IMG/VR virus record: IMGVR_UViG_3300027747_000926
Span: 1-55,448 of that record
Source of the DNA: a virus
Taxonomy: Duplodnaviria; Caudoviricetes
Strand: one strand, 5' to 3'
DNA: 55,448 nucleotides
A program made the position numbers and the translations under genes. Of the stretch, positions 1 through 9,772 are shown in pieces. Position 1 is the first letter of the stretch; every line of letters starts with the position of its first letter. Under the pieces are notes generated by a model that was not told the DNA's origin, did no database searches, and saw only the letters and a program-made list of their open reading frames with translations.

Positions 1-141
1 AACACATAGAGGGCTCGGAAGTTCTGAGATGCACCCTTCATGTTGAAGTTAACTGTCAATTCTTTGACGTATTTTGCAGCTTTCTCATCAGCCCAACCAT
101 TCTTAATAAGGACTTTAAACATAGCTAGGCGAGGCGCAGTT
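1..141. repeat. Terminal overlap, left copy (circular contig)
   Basis: Matches 55308-55448 except T15 vs G55322 (CGA/CGC, synonymous Arg on the minus strand). It lies inside a CDS that reads in frame across the junction. Confidence 0.97.
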
Positions 142-3100
142 TCCATTGGCATACTCATGAGTTCCATCAGGTCGCCAACTCCTTCTAGCTTGTCCTGAAC
201 ATTCTCAAGCACCCCTTGTGGGCCATACATGTGACGATTCAACTTCTCTAGGGAAGCTTCTACACCCTTGCGATCTAAGAAGTAGGTCTGAGCACCAGCA
301 TCTAAGTAACGCTGATAGATCTTGGCTTCCTCAGGATCAATGGGCTTTTTCTTTTTTTGACTATTTAAATATTTGCCCATGAAACCAGACTTAGTATCAG
401 CCTGATCAGCTACTAGGTAACGGAAAGCAGTAGACAAAGATGGATACCAATTCTTAAGCATCTCTTTTGCCATAGCTGGACCGATCTCTGGGTCAGCCGC
501 CGCATTGGAGAACGCTAACTGAGCATCTCGCCAGCCGTTAGGAATAATCCAAGCGGGGTTCCAGCTAGTAACCATCTGACTAAACAATCTATTCCATGCA
601 CCTACGGCATTAACTAGATCAGATCTTGTTTCACGACCACCTGAGATTGACTTAACAAACTCTTGACCCCTGTCTGTAAATCTCATGACAATAGGTACGC
701 CATCACGACGAGCAATCAAAACATTGGGATCACGCAGTAGATTAGCATCTTCTACCATGCTGACGTATCCATCTGGCGAAAGCCTGCCTGACATGACGGC
801 CTCTTCAGTTACCTTGCGGTTAGCGGCAATAGCTTCTGCTGGGGTAATATCCCTACGCTTTTCTGCATCTGAGATACGTTTCAGTAACTCTAGCTGTGCA
901 GCATCGCCATCTTTAACGCCATCCTTTAACTCTTGTTTGAGCTTGTCAAGGAACTGGTGTCCTGAGGCTTCTGTAGGTTTATCGCCAATCGCTTTAAGAA
1001 TCTTACGATCTGATATTAGCTTCTCTAGATTCAGCTTTTTCTTCTCAACGATAGGATTGATCTGAACATAGGTAGCATCAGGATTAGACTCAAACATAGC
1101 CAATATAGAACGCTGAACAATAGCCTTCTGACCACGAATCAAGGTTGAAAGGTAAGCATTCATTGTGTTCTGAATAATGTCTACTGGTTCTGTTCCGCGC
1201 CCTGTAGCAGTCTTAACCTCTTTGCCTTTGAAATTAAATCCATTGGGTCCAAGATTGGTCTTGTCATATTCATCTAACTTCAACTCATTGTTACCTGAAA
1301 GGTTTACATAATTGTCGTAGTTATTTAAGGCGTTACCAGTAGCCTCATTAATTAACCCGGTCTTGACCATATAAGCTACGTGATTGGCGCTCATGCGATC
1401 CATTAGAGAACCTAGCTTATCTAAGTCTTCACGATAACTTGTCCATAGACCATCACTGTTGCTAGACATTAATTCTTTTGCCAGCTTAGTTGACATGCCA
1501 GAACCGCTAGGATTCTTAGGGTTGATTTTATGGATTTGTTCGTTACGCTCTGGCGCATGACGAGCCAATAGGAATCGGTCTGCCTGCTCTACGCTTCCAC
1601 CCTTATCGCCTATAGATTTAAGTATCTTTTCTAGTGGCTCTTGGAATTCCTTACGCATGCCTTCAATCAACGGCGCTGTACGACCTTCATACAGAACAAG
1701 ATCATCAACTACAGTATTTTCCTTGCCATTCTTAGATAGGAATTTGGCTACCTCCATCACTGGTAGGTATTGGTTTTGGAAAGCAATGACTGAATCCCGC
1801 AAGCGCTTAGACCAACCTTTAACATCATTAAATGCTGGGATCTGCAACACTTGGTCTGGGTTTACTTCTTGTCTTGATGAACGATCTGTGGCACGGAACG
1901 GCTTACCAACTTTATCTAGTAGTGCTTTAGCTTGAGCATAATCATCTACTGCAATAGCACCCCACTCGCCCTTGTCGTTCTTAGTGAAGACTGTCCAGTT
2001 ACTTTGGATAGGGTTGATGCGGGCATAGCCTGTGGTTTGACCATCACGAGTAGCAAAGATCTCTACGGCTGGCTTGTTGTATGCATACTTAACAGACTCA
2101 GGCGCCCCATTCATAGGTGAGATGCCGTTTGTCTTGGCGGCTTTCTTGGCTTGGCCTAAAACATAGGCTAACTGAGAATCGCCAGTGCTATCAATCCACT
2201 CAGCAACAGCATTAAAGCCATTCTCACGTAGCCACTGCGCCAGCTTCCCAATGATCTCTCTAAAGGTATTGCCATCACCCTTGGCGGCTAAATCTGAAAT
2301 GGCTTCTTCGATAGACTCAAGACGAGTCATAGGCTGGTTATTATTCTGAGCTTCTGCAAATGAGGCATCCGCTAACTCACGTACTTTTTTATTCAGTTTG
2401 TACTGGTTCTCAAGGAATGAATTAAGTTTCTCACCTAAGAAAGCTTTTAATCCCCAGTGACCATAGAGTTCATGGAACATAACAAACTCAGCATCCTGTA
2501 CTGATTCCATCATCTCAGAGAACAGGTAGATGTGTCCTGTCTTAGGGTCGATAGCACCCTTAAAGTTGCCATGCTCTAGCACTGAGGTAAATCTTTCAGC
2601 TACATCTGTAGGTAACATACGAGAACTACTTAGTACTGTATAGCTAGGCTTTACATCCCACTTGGAGAAGATCCTTGTTAGGAATTCTTGGATGGTCATC
2701 GATGGAACTACATTGGAGTAGCGCCCACGCTTAAACCGAGGGGGATCTTGGAAGGCTACGTCTAATGGAACTTCACCTTCAGCCTCAACATTTGCTTCAG
2801 ACTCTTCATTTAACCTAGCTAGTTCTTCTGGGTTAATTGACCAGCCTTCATCTTGCATCATGATGCGTGACATCTGATAGTCAATGGTATTGGTTGGGTC
2901 AGCACCAGCAGCAATAGCAGCTTCCGCGCGGTCATTCATCTCGGATGCTTCATGCAAGATGGCTGACAATTCACGTTCATCAGCTAGGCGAATGTCTGCC
3001 TGATACTGGTAGTACAGGTCTGGACTGAGGAAGCGTAGTTGGTTTAACTGAGAATAGGCAGGAGATTTAACCATCATCTCAGCCGCTCTCTTGTCTGCCT

Positions 3101-6100
3101 CTAGTTTACGTAGGGCAAACTCCATGACTTCATTCTTATCTGAAGGGGTAAGGTTATCCATTACCTCAGCTTTAAAGTCAGGTCTGATATTCATAATATC
3201 CAGAACATCTTGCTTCCAGGCGGCAACTGGATCTGAGAATAGATCGGTAATAGTTGAACGCATAGGCTCAGGCAATAAGTTTGGATTCTTCATCTCATTC
3301 AATGTGTAATGCACAAAGAGAGAGTTCGGGAATACATCCTCGTAGCTAGTAAAGACCTCAGATTCTTCTGTGCTATTGGCTAGACGATTGAGATAGTTCT
3401 CACGGTTCTTTTTCCAACCAGCATAAAAGGTCTTCTCAGATTCAGTCAGCGTATTTTCAAACTGAGCCAGTTGCGCTGGAGTATTAGCCAAGTCATTAAG
3501 CGTGGAGTCCAAAGACTTCATCCACTGTTCTCTAGCTAATGCAGTATCACCTTTGCTGATATAGTCAGCCAGCCTAAAGTTCACAGCTAAGCGGCCAGAT
3601 AAATCAATCTGAGTTTTAGTAACCTCAATACCCTTACGTCTTAAGGCATCCATGAGATACATATATCCAATACGCTCTTGGGCTACCTGCTTAAGGGCTT
3701 CCTCCATGTTTAATTCACCCTTGCTAATAGCATCAGCTAGTTGAAGAGCGGCTACTTGTCTGTCATTCTCAAGGTCAAGACCACCTTGGGTAGCATCATT
3801 ACCCTCTGGCAATTCAGTTGCATCACCCTTCTCAATGGTTGGCTCTGAGATATAAGTAGTGTCATCAGCCAATTGTTCTTTAGTCAGATTGATTAACTCA
3901 TCTTGCTGGGCTTTTAGGAAATCCTCTACCGATCCTACTGTTGCATCAATCTCTGAGTCTTGTGCGCCATTGGACTTCATCTCATTACGAACGGCCTCTA
4001 ATTCAGCAAGCTTTTCGGATACCTGAGAATCCATCCTACTCTTGATTTCTTCTACTTTCTTCTTGGCTTCAGCACTTTGAGCAGCAGTCTTATTCTCTTT
4101 TCTTTTTAACTCAGCCGAAGCATCAACCCCCATAGCGCCTGATCGCGCCAGATTGCCCATAACACCACCAGTATCATCAGCAAACATACCAGTCTCTGAT
4201 TTAAATGGCTTCTTGAAAGCGGCTTGTTTGTCTGCATCTGCTTTTTTTTGTCTATCAAACTCATCGTTTATCTTTTGTTGTTTAGCGCTTACTGGAGTAG
4301 GTGAAACTTTCTCAACTGGCTTAGCCTTAGGTTTATTTTGTTTGACTGCTATGTCTAAACTATCCTGACCTTTGCCAGCCTTGCGTAATTGAAGATCGCC
4401 AAGCTTGCCAACGGACTGCATCATCGTGCCACCCTTAGTGGTGATAAATGATTGCGCTCCATCAATGGCGCCCTTAGCATTCTTAAAGGTGTACCAAGAA
4501 TCCTTGCCCTTAGCTGTAGTAGAGAATACTTTCCCAACTACTTCCCCAGCCTTATTCACTAGGCTGTAAGCAAGGGTAGCCTTAGCTCCAAATCCAAGAC
4601 CTTTTTTATCGGTAGCCTTGTCAATAATGACAGCTGCCTTGGTATCTGAGAATGGCTCTGCGGCAAACTTCTTCTGATTGTCAACGGCTCTTTGCTTGGC
4701 CTCTTTAGCCATAGATTCGCTTTGCTTAACATCAGGAGCAACATCTTTTGGCGCTGGGTTGGTGCTGCCAACATATACGTTAGGGTTGCCTGACTTACCA
4801 AGGACATCAGTTTCTTTGCGATTAGTTGGCTCTGAGTTCTCTCTTGGGTCATAGCCATACTGAATTGATTTTGTATTACCATCAGCATCAGTAACATTTT
4901 TGTTACCTTGCAAGGTGCTGGCAATCTCCTCATCAGTTAATCCATAGCCACGAAGGTCTTCAGCATATCCCTTTAAGGTATTAGATATGTCATTGAGTGG
5001 AAGTCCTGAGATTGATTGTGCCTTCTCCTGAAACAGCGAAATGTATTCAGACTTTTGCTCTGGAGTGATACCAGTAGATTGTTGCTTTACCGCGGGGGAA
5101 TGCTTAACCTCAGGTTGGTTATTGGAAACTTCTTGTTTTGGCGTAATAACTTTAATGCTAAGGCCATCAATCACTTCTTGTATTGCGGCAAAATCCTCAG
5201 GCGTTGAAGCCTCTCTTCTTGTGGCTTTGGGTGATGGGTTCTGAACTGTGGGAGGCTGGCTATTAATACGTGTCTCAGCCTGAGATAACTGCTCTAAGTT
5301 ACTAGCCTGTGGTGGGATATTGATCTGCTCAGATGGGGCTTGAACTACTGCCTCTGGTTTCTTAGTCTCTAGGTTCTTGCTGGTGAGTTTACCTTCGGCT
5401 ATTAACTGTTCTTCAACAGCCATATCTTTAGCTAGGCGAATCTGCTCTTCAATAGGAACTGGGTTCTTTGGGGGATTGCTAATATCAACAGTAGATGGCG
5501 CTTGATCTCTGGACTTGGTGCGCTCATAGAACTGGCCTAGGCGCTCTTGGAATTGTCCAGCAATAGTCGGGCTTACGTTAATAATCTTCTCGCCCTGTGA
5601 TACCAATGATTGGTTCTTGGAGGCAGACTCTAGGTCTAACTTCATACCAGTCTTGGTAACGTAGTTCTGAATCTGAGCTTTGGTGGAGTCATCTGACCTG
5701 GCATACATAGCCGCCAAGAAAGCAGAACCTTCTTTGACTTTTTGAATACCAAAGAACTCTTGATCTGTCATGCCAAAACTTGGTGTATCGGTAGGCTTGG
5801 CATCTTCTAATTGAGTAGTGTCAGACGGTGCTTTTGGAGGGATGGTTTCTTTAGGTTTCTTGATAGCGCTAGAGCCAGTAGCTAATTCAACTGGGGCAAA
5901 CGCGGCCTCACCTAACATCTCAGCAATTAACTCACCACGACCAGCGGGATCACCGACTGCTTCGCCAGCTTGGTATGCACCTAATGCACCACCAGTACCT
6001 TGAACACCAGCTTGGAATACGGCATTACCTACATTAGAGCCAACAGGATACTTACCTGCAACTTTAGCCAAAGGGTTGACACCCATAAATAAGCCTGCGA

Positions 6101-6947
6101 CAGCATTTGCCGGGACTTCGGAAACTGTTTTAAGGGTTGCATAATCTTTTGCTGCATCCCTGTCGCCTTTAAATTTATCTAAACCTTCTACATAGTTTGT
6201 TCCCAAAGAACCCAGAACTACGGCAGAGGAATTAGTAGCGGCTCCAAATCCAGCCATACCTACAGCTTCGGCAGTAGCTCCCTTCAGCGCCGTCTTGGTT
6301 GCTATTCCAGTAGCAATACGACCACCTACCCCACCCAAGGGGATTGAAGCGGCCATCGGTGCGGCTTGTTCAGCTAGGAAGTTAACGCCCATACCTGGGT
6401 TATCAATCAGGTAACCAAGCATTGCTTTAGTTGCAGAGTAAGTATCAGGTGCATCGTTACCTAGACGGATGAATTCCTGAATCTTAGGGTCAGAGGCAAT
6501 GTTCTTGTACTCGTTAACACTCTTCTCTAGGATAGGAGCGGTATCAGTTTCCTTGCCAGTAACAGCCTTCTCTAGCTTATTAGCCAAGAAGTCCCAAGTT
6601 ACCATCACGCTCTTGTAACCCTTCTTCAGAGAATCCATAGTAGATGGATCAGCAACAGGCTGTGAAACTGGCTCTACTGGAGCAATAGGTTTACCTGAGA
6701 GATAGGCATCCATCACTGGATCACCAGAGCCTTGCGCCTCAACTGGCTGAGATGGTGTGTTGGCTATGTAAGCATCCATTACTGGATCACCAGAGCCTTT
6801 AACAGGTTGAGGTGTTGGCTCAGGTGGAGGTGCTATACCTCTAGCTGGGGTGACTGGCTTAGGTGCATCGGTAGGAACTGTTCCTGTTTGACCAGCACTT
6901 CTTACCTGTGACCCTGCTTCTGCGGATGTCTTATAGAGTTCGGCCAT
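1..6947 (-). CDS. Giant polyvalent virion/ejection protein, N-terminal part (2723 aa in total, continues at 54083-55448), with a zincin-like metallopeptidase motif and an LPD38-like C-terminus
   Basis: Manual translation from ATG 6947 (MAELYKTSAEAG...) is open and in frame with MFKVLIKNG at position 122 (=55429). Motifs are FHELYGHWGL (about 2450-2477), WNPAWIIPNGWRD and ETAPRLAMFK. It is the last gene of the ejection cluster. Confidence 0.85.
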   Translation of the reverse strand, partial: MAELYKTSAEAGSQVRSAGQTGTVPTDAPKPVTPARGIAPPPEPTPQPVKGSGDPVMDAYIANTPSQPVEAQGSGDPVMDAYLSGKPIAPVEPVSQPVADPSTMDSLKKGYKSVMVTWDFLANKLEKAVTGKETDTAPILEKSVNEYKNIASDPKIQEFIRLGNDAPDTYSATKAMLGYLIDNPGMGVNFLAEQAAPMAASIPLGGVGGRIATGIATKTALKGATAEAVGMAGFGAATNSSAVVLGSLGTNYVEGLDKFKGDRDAAKDYATLKTVSEVPANAVAGLFMGVNPLAKVAGKYPVGSNVGNAVFQAGVQGTGGALGAYQAGEAVGDPAGRGELIAEMLGEAAFAPVELATGSSAIKKPKETIPPKAPSDTTQLEDAKPTDTPSFGMTDQEFFGIQKVKEGSAFLAAMYARSDDSTKAQIQNYVTKTGMKLDLESASKNQSLVSQGEKIINVSPTIAGQFQERLGQFYERTKSRDQAPSTVDISNPPKNPVPIEEQIRLAKDMAVEEQLIAEGKLTSKNLETKKPEAVVQAPSEQINIPPQASNLEQLSQAETRINSQPPTVQNPSPKATRREASTPEDFAAIQEVIDGLSIKVITPKQEVSNNQPEVKHSPAVKQQSTGITPEQKSEYISLFQEKAQSISGLPLNDISNTLKGYAEDLRGYGLTDEEIASTLQGNKNVTDADGNTKSIQYGYDPRENSEPTNRKETDVLGKSGNPNVYVGSTNPAPKDVAPDVKQSESMAKEAKQRAVDNQKKFAAEPFSDTKAAVIIDKATDKKGLGFGAKATLAYSLVNKAGEVVGKVFSTTAKGKDSWYTFKNAKGAIDGAQSFITTKGGTMMQSVGKLGDLQLRKAGKGQDSLDIAVKQNKPKAKPVEKVSPTPVSAKQQKINDEFDRQKKADADKQAAFKKPFKSETGMFADDTGGVMGNLARSGAMGVDASAELKRKENKTAAQSAEAKKKVEEIKSRMDSQVSEKLAELEAVRNEMKSNGAQDSEIDATVGSVEDFLKAQQDELINLTKEQLADDTTYISEPTIEKGDATELPEGNDATQGGLDLENDRQVAALQLADAISKGELNMEEALKQVAQERIGYMYLMDALRRKGIEVTKTQIDLSGRLAVNFRLADYISKGDTALAREQWMKSLDSTLNDLANTPAQLAQFENTLTESEKTFYAGWKKNRENYLNRLANSTEESEVFTSYEDVFPNSLFVHYTLNEMKNPNLLPEPMRSTITDLFSDPVAAWKQDVLDIMNIRPDFKAEVMDNLTPSDKNEVMEFALRKLEADKRAAEMMVKSPAYSQLNQLRFLSPDLYYQYQADIRLADERELSAILHEASEMNDRAEAAIAAGADPTNTIDYQMSRIMMQDEGWSINPEELARLNEESEANVEAEGEVPLDVAFQDPPRFKRGRYSNVVPSMTIQEFLTRIFSKWDVKPSYTVLSSSRMLPTDVAERFTSVLEHGNFKGAIDPKTGHIYLFSEMMESVQDAEFVMFHELYGHWGLKAFLGEKLNSFLENQYKLNKKVRELADASFAEAQNNNQPMTRLESIEEAISDLAAKGDGNTFREIIGKLAQWLRENGFNAVAEWIDSTGDSQLAYVLGQAKKAAKTNGISPMNGAPESVKYAYNKPAVEIFATRDGQTTGYARINPIQSNWTVFTKNDKGEWGAIAVDDYAQAKALLDKVGKPFRATDRSSRQEVNPDQVLQIPAFNDVKGWSKRLRDSVIAFQNQYLPVMEVAKFLSKNGKENTVVDDLVLYEGRTAPLIEGMRKEFQEPLEKILKSIGDKGGSVEQADRFLLARHAPERNEQIHKINPKNPSGSGMSTKLAKELMSSNSDGLWTSYREDLDKLGSLMDRMSANHVAYMVKTGLINEATGNALNNYDNYVNLSGNNELKLDEYDKTNLGPNGFNFKGKEVKTATGRGTEPVDIIQNTMNAYLSTLIRGQKAIVQRSILAMFESNPDATYVQINPIVEKKKLNLEKLISDRKILKAIGDKPTEASGHQFLDKLKQELKDGVKDGDAAQLELLKRISDAEKRRDITPAEAIAANRKVTEEAVMSGRLSPDGYVSMVEDANLLRDPNVLIARRDGVPIVMRFTDRGQEFVKSISGGRETRSDLVNAVGAWNRLFSQMVTSWNPAWIIPNGWRDAQLAFSNAAADPEIGPAMAKEMLKNWYPSLSTAFRYLVADQADTKSGFMGKYLNSQKKKKPIDPEEAKIYQRYLDAGAQTYFLDRKGVEASLEKLNRHMYGPQGVLENVQDKLEGVGDLMELMSMPMETAPRLAMFKVLIKNGWADEKAAKYVKELTVNFNMKGASQNFRALYV

Positions 6948-6949
6948 AG

Positions 6950-7972
6950 TTAGTTCTTAGGTTTTAATCCTAGTGGTTTGGTATCAATGCCTTGTGCTGT
7001 AAAGGTCATCTGCTGTGCGGCATCCAAAGCTTTATTTGGGGTGAATCCTTTTTCACGTACAAGGTATTCAGCACGACTCATAATTTCACCCTCGATCACA
7101 TTACGGCGATCTGACTCAAGCCCAGCCATAGCGTTTCTGCCAAGAGTAGTGAAGCGGGTTTTAGCCATTTCATTGAGATCATCAATGTCTTTTCTGGCAT
7201 TAGTTACCCTTAACTTTTCGAGATCAGTAGCCCTACCAATTAATGCTCGGTTATTTGCCCCACCTTCTGAGATAGCTGTGCGGTTATTAGCGCCCTGCTG
7301 TTCCATCTCAGTCTTTTTAAATTCAGTCATCGTTTTAGCGTAGGCTTCAGCACTCATGGATGGCATGATGATGTCTCTAAATCCATCAAAGACTTGTTGC
7401 TTTTGACCATTAGCTCCAACTCTATATCCAACAACAGTCGGACCAAACATGCCTTGCTCGATACCAACCTGAACATCCTTACCCAATTTGACATCGCCCT
7501 TCTCGTTAAAGATCTTGCGGATACCTTCTTGGTCTTGAGGATTAGTCATGGCATAGCGCATTGCTTCCATAGCGCCCTCGCCCTTAACCTTCTTGCCAAA
7601 CTCCATAGATTGATTCAGCATTTCTAGGTTGACTTTGCCGTATTTAAACGCAACTTCCTTAAGCGTATCTGCCGCCTTTTGTTGAAGTAACAACGGGTCC
7701 ATTCCAGGGCGCTGAGTGACTTGACCTGTAGCTGGATCTGTAACTTCAATAGGCTTAGATTGCTGTGCTAACTCAGACATACTCCTTGCTAGGTCATCCT
7801 TATATGCGATGTCCTTTTGCTTCTCGCTTAACTCAAGCTGAGCGTTCTGCATGGCAATACCATGAGCTTCACTCTCTCGTTTATCTTTAGCTTGAAGCGT
7901 ATTGATCTTTACCTGAGAGTCATAACCCTCACCCATACCTTGGGCAAATGCGCCAATTCCTAAAGCACTCAT
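6950..7972 (-). CDS. Internal virion/ejection protein
   Basis: 340 aa, helical, Gly-rich N-terminus (ALGIGAFAQGMGEG), located between other ejection genes. Confidence 0.6.
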   Translation of the reverse strand: MSALGIGAFAQGMGEGYDSQVKINTLQAKDKRESEAHGIAMQNAQLELSEKQKDIAYKDDLARSMSELAQQSKPIEVTDPATGQVTQRPGMDPLLLQQKAADTLKEVAFKYGKVNLEMLNQSMEFGKKVKGEGAMEAMRYAMTNPQDQEGIRKIFNEKGDVKLGKDVQVGIEQGMFGPTVVGYRVGANGQKQQVFDGFRDIIMPSMSAEAYAKTMTEFKKTEMEQQGANNRTAISEGGANNRALIGRATDLEKLRVTNARKDIDDLNEMAKTRFTTLGRNAMAGLESDRRNVIEGEIMSRAEYLVREKGFTPNKALDAAQQMTFTAQGIDTKPLGLKPKN

Positions 7973-9150
7973 TATTTTTTCCCTTTCAATGCTTTGCGTC
8001 TTTGCTCAGCGGCAGGCGTGTGTGTTTTCTTAACTACTTTGTCTAGCTTCTTGACACCTATCTTCTTAACGGTATCAGCTGGTAATACGTACTCACCATT
8101 ACTTAGCATGGCTGGGATCTTGTCATCTACTGGACCGCCTGGGCCACGAATAGCGCCGCCTCCAGCTCGATGAACTGGACCACCATCGGCTGATTTCATT
8201 AGCCCACCAGCTGCTAATGAAGCTCCACCAGTCATATAAGCCGCACCAAGACGACCAACTAAACCACCGATGCCTGACATCATGGAACTATTAGCTTGTT
8301 GATTAGCTTGATACCCTTGCATACGACCATTAAATTCTTGGCCATAGATATTGCCTGCTGTTCCATAACCACCAATAGCCCCATTGTTAGCTGAGATACC
8401 AGTGTTAAATCCTTGTTGCATACCAGCGCCTGAGGATTGCATAGCTCCTGTAGCCGCACCCCCAGCATTGATAGATGTCCCATAAGCAGCAACCGAGTTA
8501 CCAGCCAAACCATTTCCAATTGCGGCGGCGTCCATCTTCTTGGCATAACCTAAGTTTTCTGCGTTTACTCTGGCAGTATTTTGTGCGCCAGCTTTACTTA
8601 AAGCTTCTTGAGTTAATAAGTCATTATTAAGAGCGGCAAATCTACCTGAGTCTGGGCGAATACCAGCTGCGGCAAATTGTCTTTCTTGCTGTTGCCGGGC
8701 TACGCCAAAGGCTTGGGTAATATCACCTGATGCTTGGGTGGCAAGACGCTCTCTGTGACCTTCTGTGTCATATGCTTTAGCATCATCAACGATCTGCTGT
8801 TGAAGCGGCTGAAAAGTATCTCTTTGAAAATCGTTGTAGCGCTTTGCGTTTTCTGCCGTAGCTTTCTGAGTCTCTGTATCAGAAGCCACAATCTGGTCGT
8901 ATAAGGGCTTCATTTCAGCATACTGTTGCTTGGCAAAATCTAATGAGTTCTTAGCAATCTCACGCTGTGCATCAGCAGTTTCTTTAGCCGCTTGAGCAGA
9001 AGCTAGCATTCCTGGATTTGGATCAGGAGCGCCTCCGCCTTTACCACCGCCGCCCTCTAAAGTCATGCCGCGTGCAAATGGACCAGTACCTCTAGGTTGG
9101 AATGCTCTTTCAGGGAGCATGTCAAAATCAGTTATATGCCATCTAGACAT
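7972..9150 (-). CDS. DNA ejection/pilot-type internal virion protein
   Basis: Ala/Gly/Gln-rich with GGGGKGG near the N-terminus and C-terminal GPGGPVDDKIPAMLSNGEYVLPA. Follows the GNAT gene as in podovirus ejection clusters. Confidence 0.65.
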   Translation of the reverse strand: MSRWHITDFDMLPERAFQPRGTGPFARGMTLEGGGGKGGGAPDPNPGMLASAQAAKETADAQREIAKNSLDFAKQQYAEMKPLYDQIVASDTETQKATAENAKRYNDFQRDTFQPLQQQIVDDAKAYDTEGHRERLATQASGDITQAFGVARQQQERQFAAAGIRPDSGRFAALNNDLLTQEALSKAGAQNTARVNAENLGYAKKMDAAAIGNGLAGNSVAAYGTSINAGGAATGAMQSSGAGMQQGFNTGISANNGAIGGYGTAGNIYGQEFNGRMQGYQANQQANSSMMSGIGGLVGRLGAAYMTGGASLAAGGLMKSADGGPVHRAGGGAIRGPGGPVDDKIPAMLSNGEYVLPADTVKKIGVKKLDKVVKKTHTPAAEQRRKALKGKK

Positions 9151-9161
9151 CTTTGTTACCT

Positions 9162-9584
9162 TTACTTAGCTTGTAAAATAAAGCGGCACTCATCTTTAAA
9201 CATTCGATAGATGATCACATCACCGCCATCTCGAGCTGCGCTTGCAAGAACTGCCTCAGGTGTAAACCCAAGGTGTTCATCGAAACGTCTAGCCTCGGCA
9301 TTGCTTACTTCAACCCATCCTGATACACGTTGACAGTTGAGTTGAATAAATGGATAGGAAAAACAAGCCCTCAGAAACATTCTGTTAAGCCAAGTCTTTC
9401 CTGGTTTTGCTGCTACATGCATCCAGATATTGGAGCCGTTAAAGCCTTCATATAAAACACCTGCGATGATCTCACCATCTTTGACAAGACCAATTCCTTG
9501 CTGACACTCTGATCTAGGCACTGGCATGAACCCAGTTACAAAGTCATAGACTGGTTGTGCCTCTAAGATCAGCTGTGTTGTCAT
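9162..9584 (-). CDS. GNAT-fold acetyltransferase (virion module)
   Basis: FSYPFIQLNCQRVSGWVEVSNAEARRFDEHLGFTPEAVL is a typical RimJ/RimL-type GNAT signature. Confidence 0.8.
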   Translation of the reverse strand: MTTQLILEAQPVYDFVTGFMPVPRSECQQGIGLVKDGEIIAGVLYEGFNGSNIWMHVAAKPGKTWLNRMFLRACFSYPFIQLNCQRVSGWVEVSNAEARRFDEHLGFTPEAVLASAARDGGDVIIYRMFKDECRFILQAK

Positions 9585-9772
9585 GCATTTAACCTATTAA
9601 TAACTTCATTTAGCTTGCTAATAACATCACTCAATGTAGCAGTCGTAGATACTTTTGTTAAGCTACCTGCACGCACACCGTTCATGATTTCAATGTTCTC
9701 TTTAATCGGTCTGAGTAATGCGGCAACCTTAGGATCATCAGCACTAACCGCTGGGATAGCTGGCTTTTTCAT
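9581..9772 (-). CDS. Small tail-associated protein
   Basis: 63 aa, translationally coupled to both neighbours, C-terminal helix LSDVISKLNEVINRL. Confidence 0.6.
   Translation of the reverse strand: MKKPAIPAVSADDPKVAALLRPIKENIEIMNGVRAGSLTKVSTTATLSDVISKLNEVINRLNA

Noticed and set aside
1-141. 141-bp terminal repeat as a biological direct terminal repeat
   Set aside because: It falls mid-CDS, and 141 equals a common assembler maximum k-mer. It is best read as a circular-assembly overlap, with the single synonymous mismatch reflecting strain variation or error.
685-6003. Short ORFs in the track (plus-strand ORFs and 4559-4933 minus)
   Set aside because: They are shadow ORFs antisense or out of frame to the giant minus-strand gene.
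1-6947. Giant protein as an N4- or crAss-like virion RNA polymerase
   Set aside because: No DxxGR, RxxxKxxxxxxxYG or DxDGD catalytic motifs were seen in the manual translation. A highly diverged fold cannot be excluded without structure prediction.
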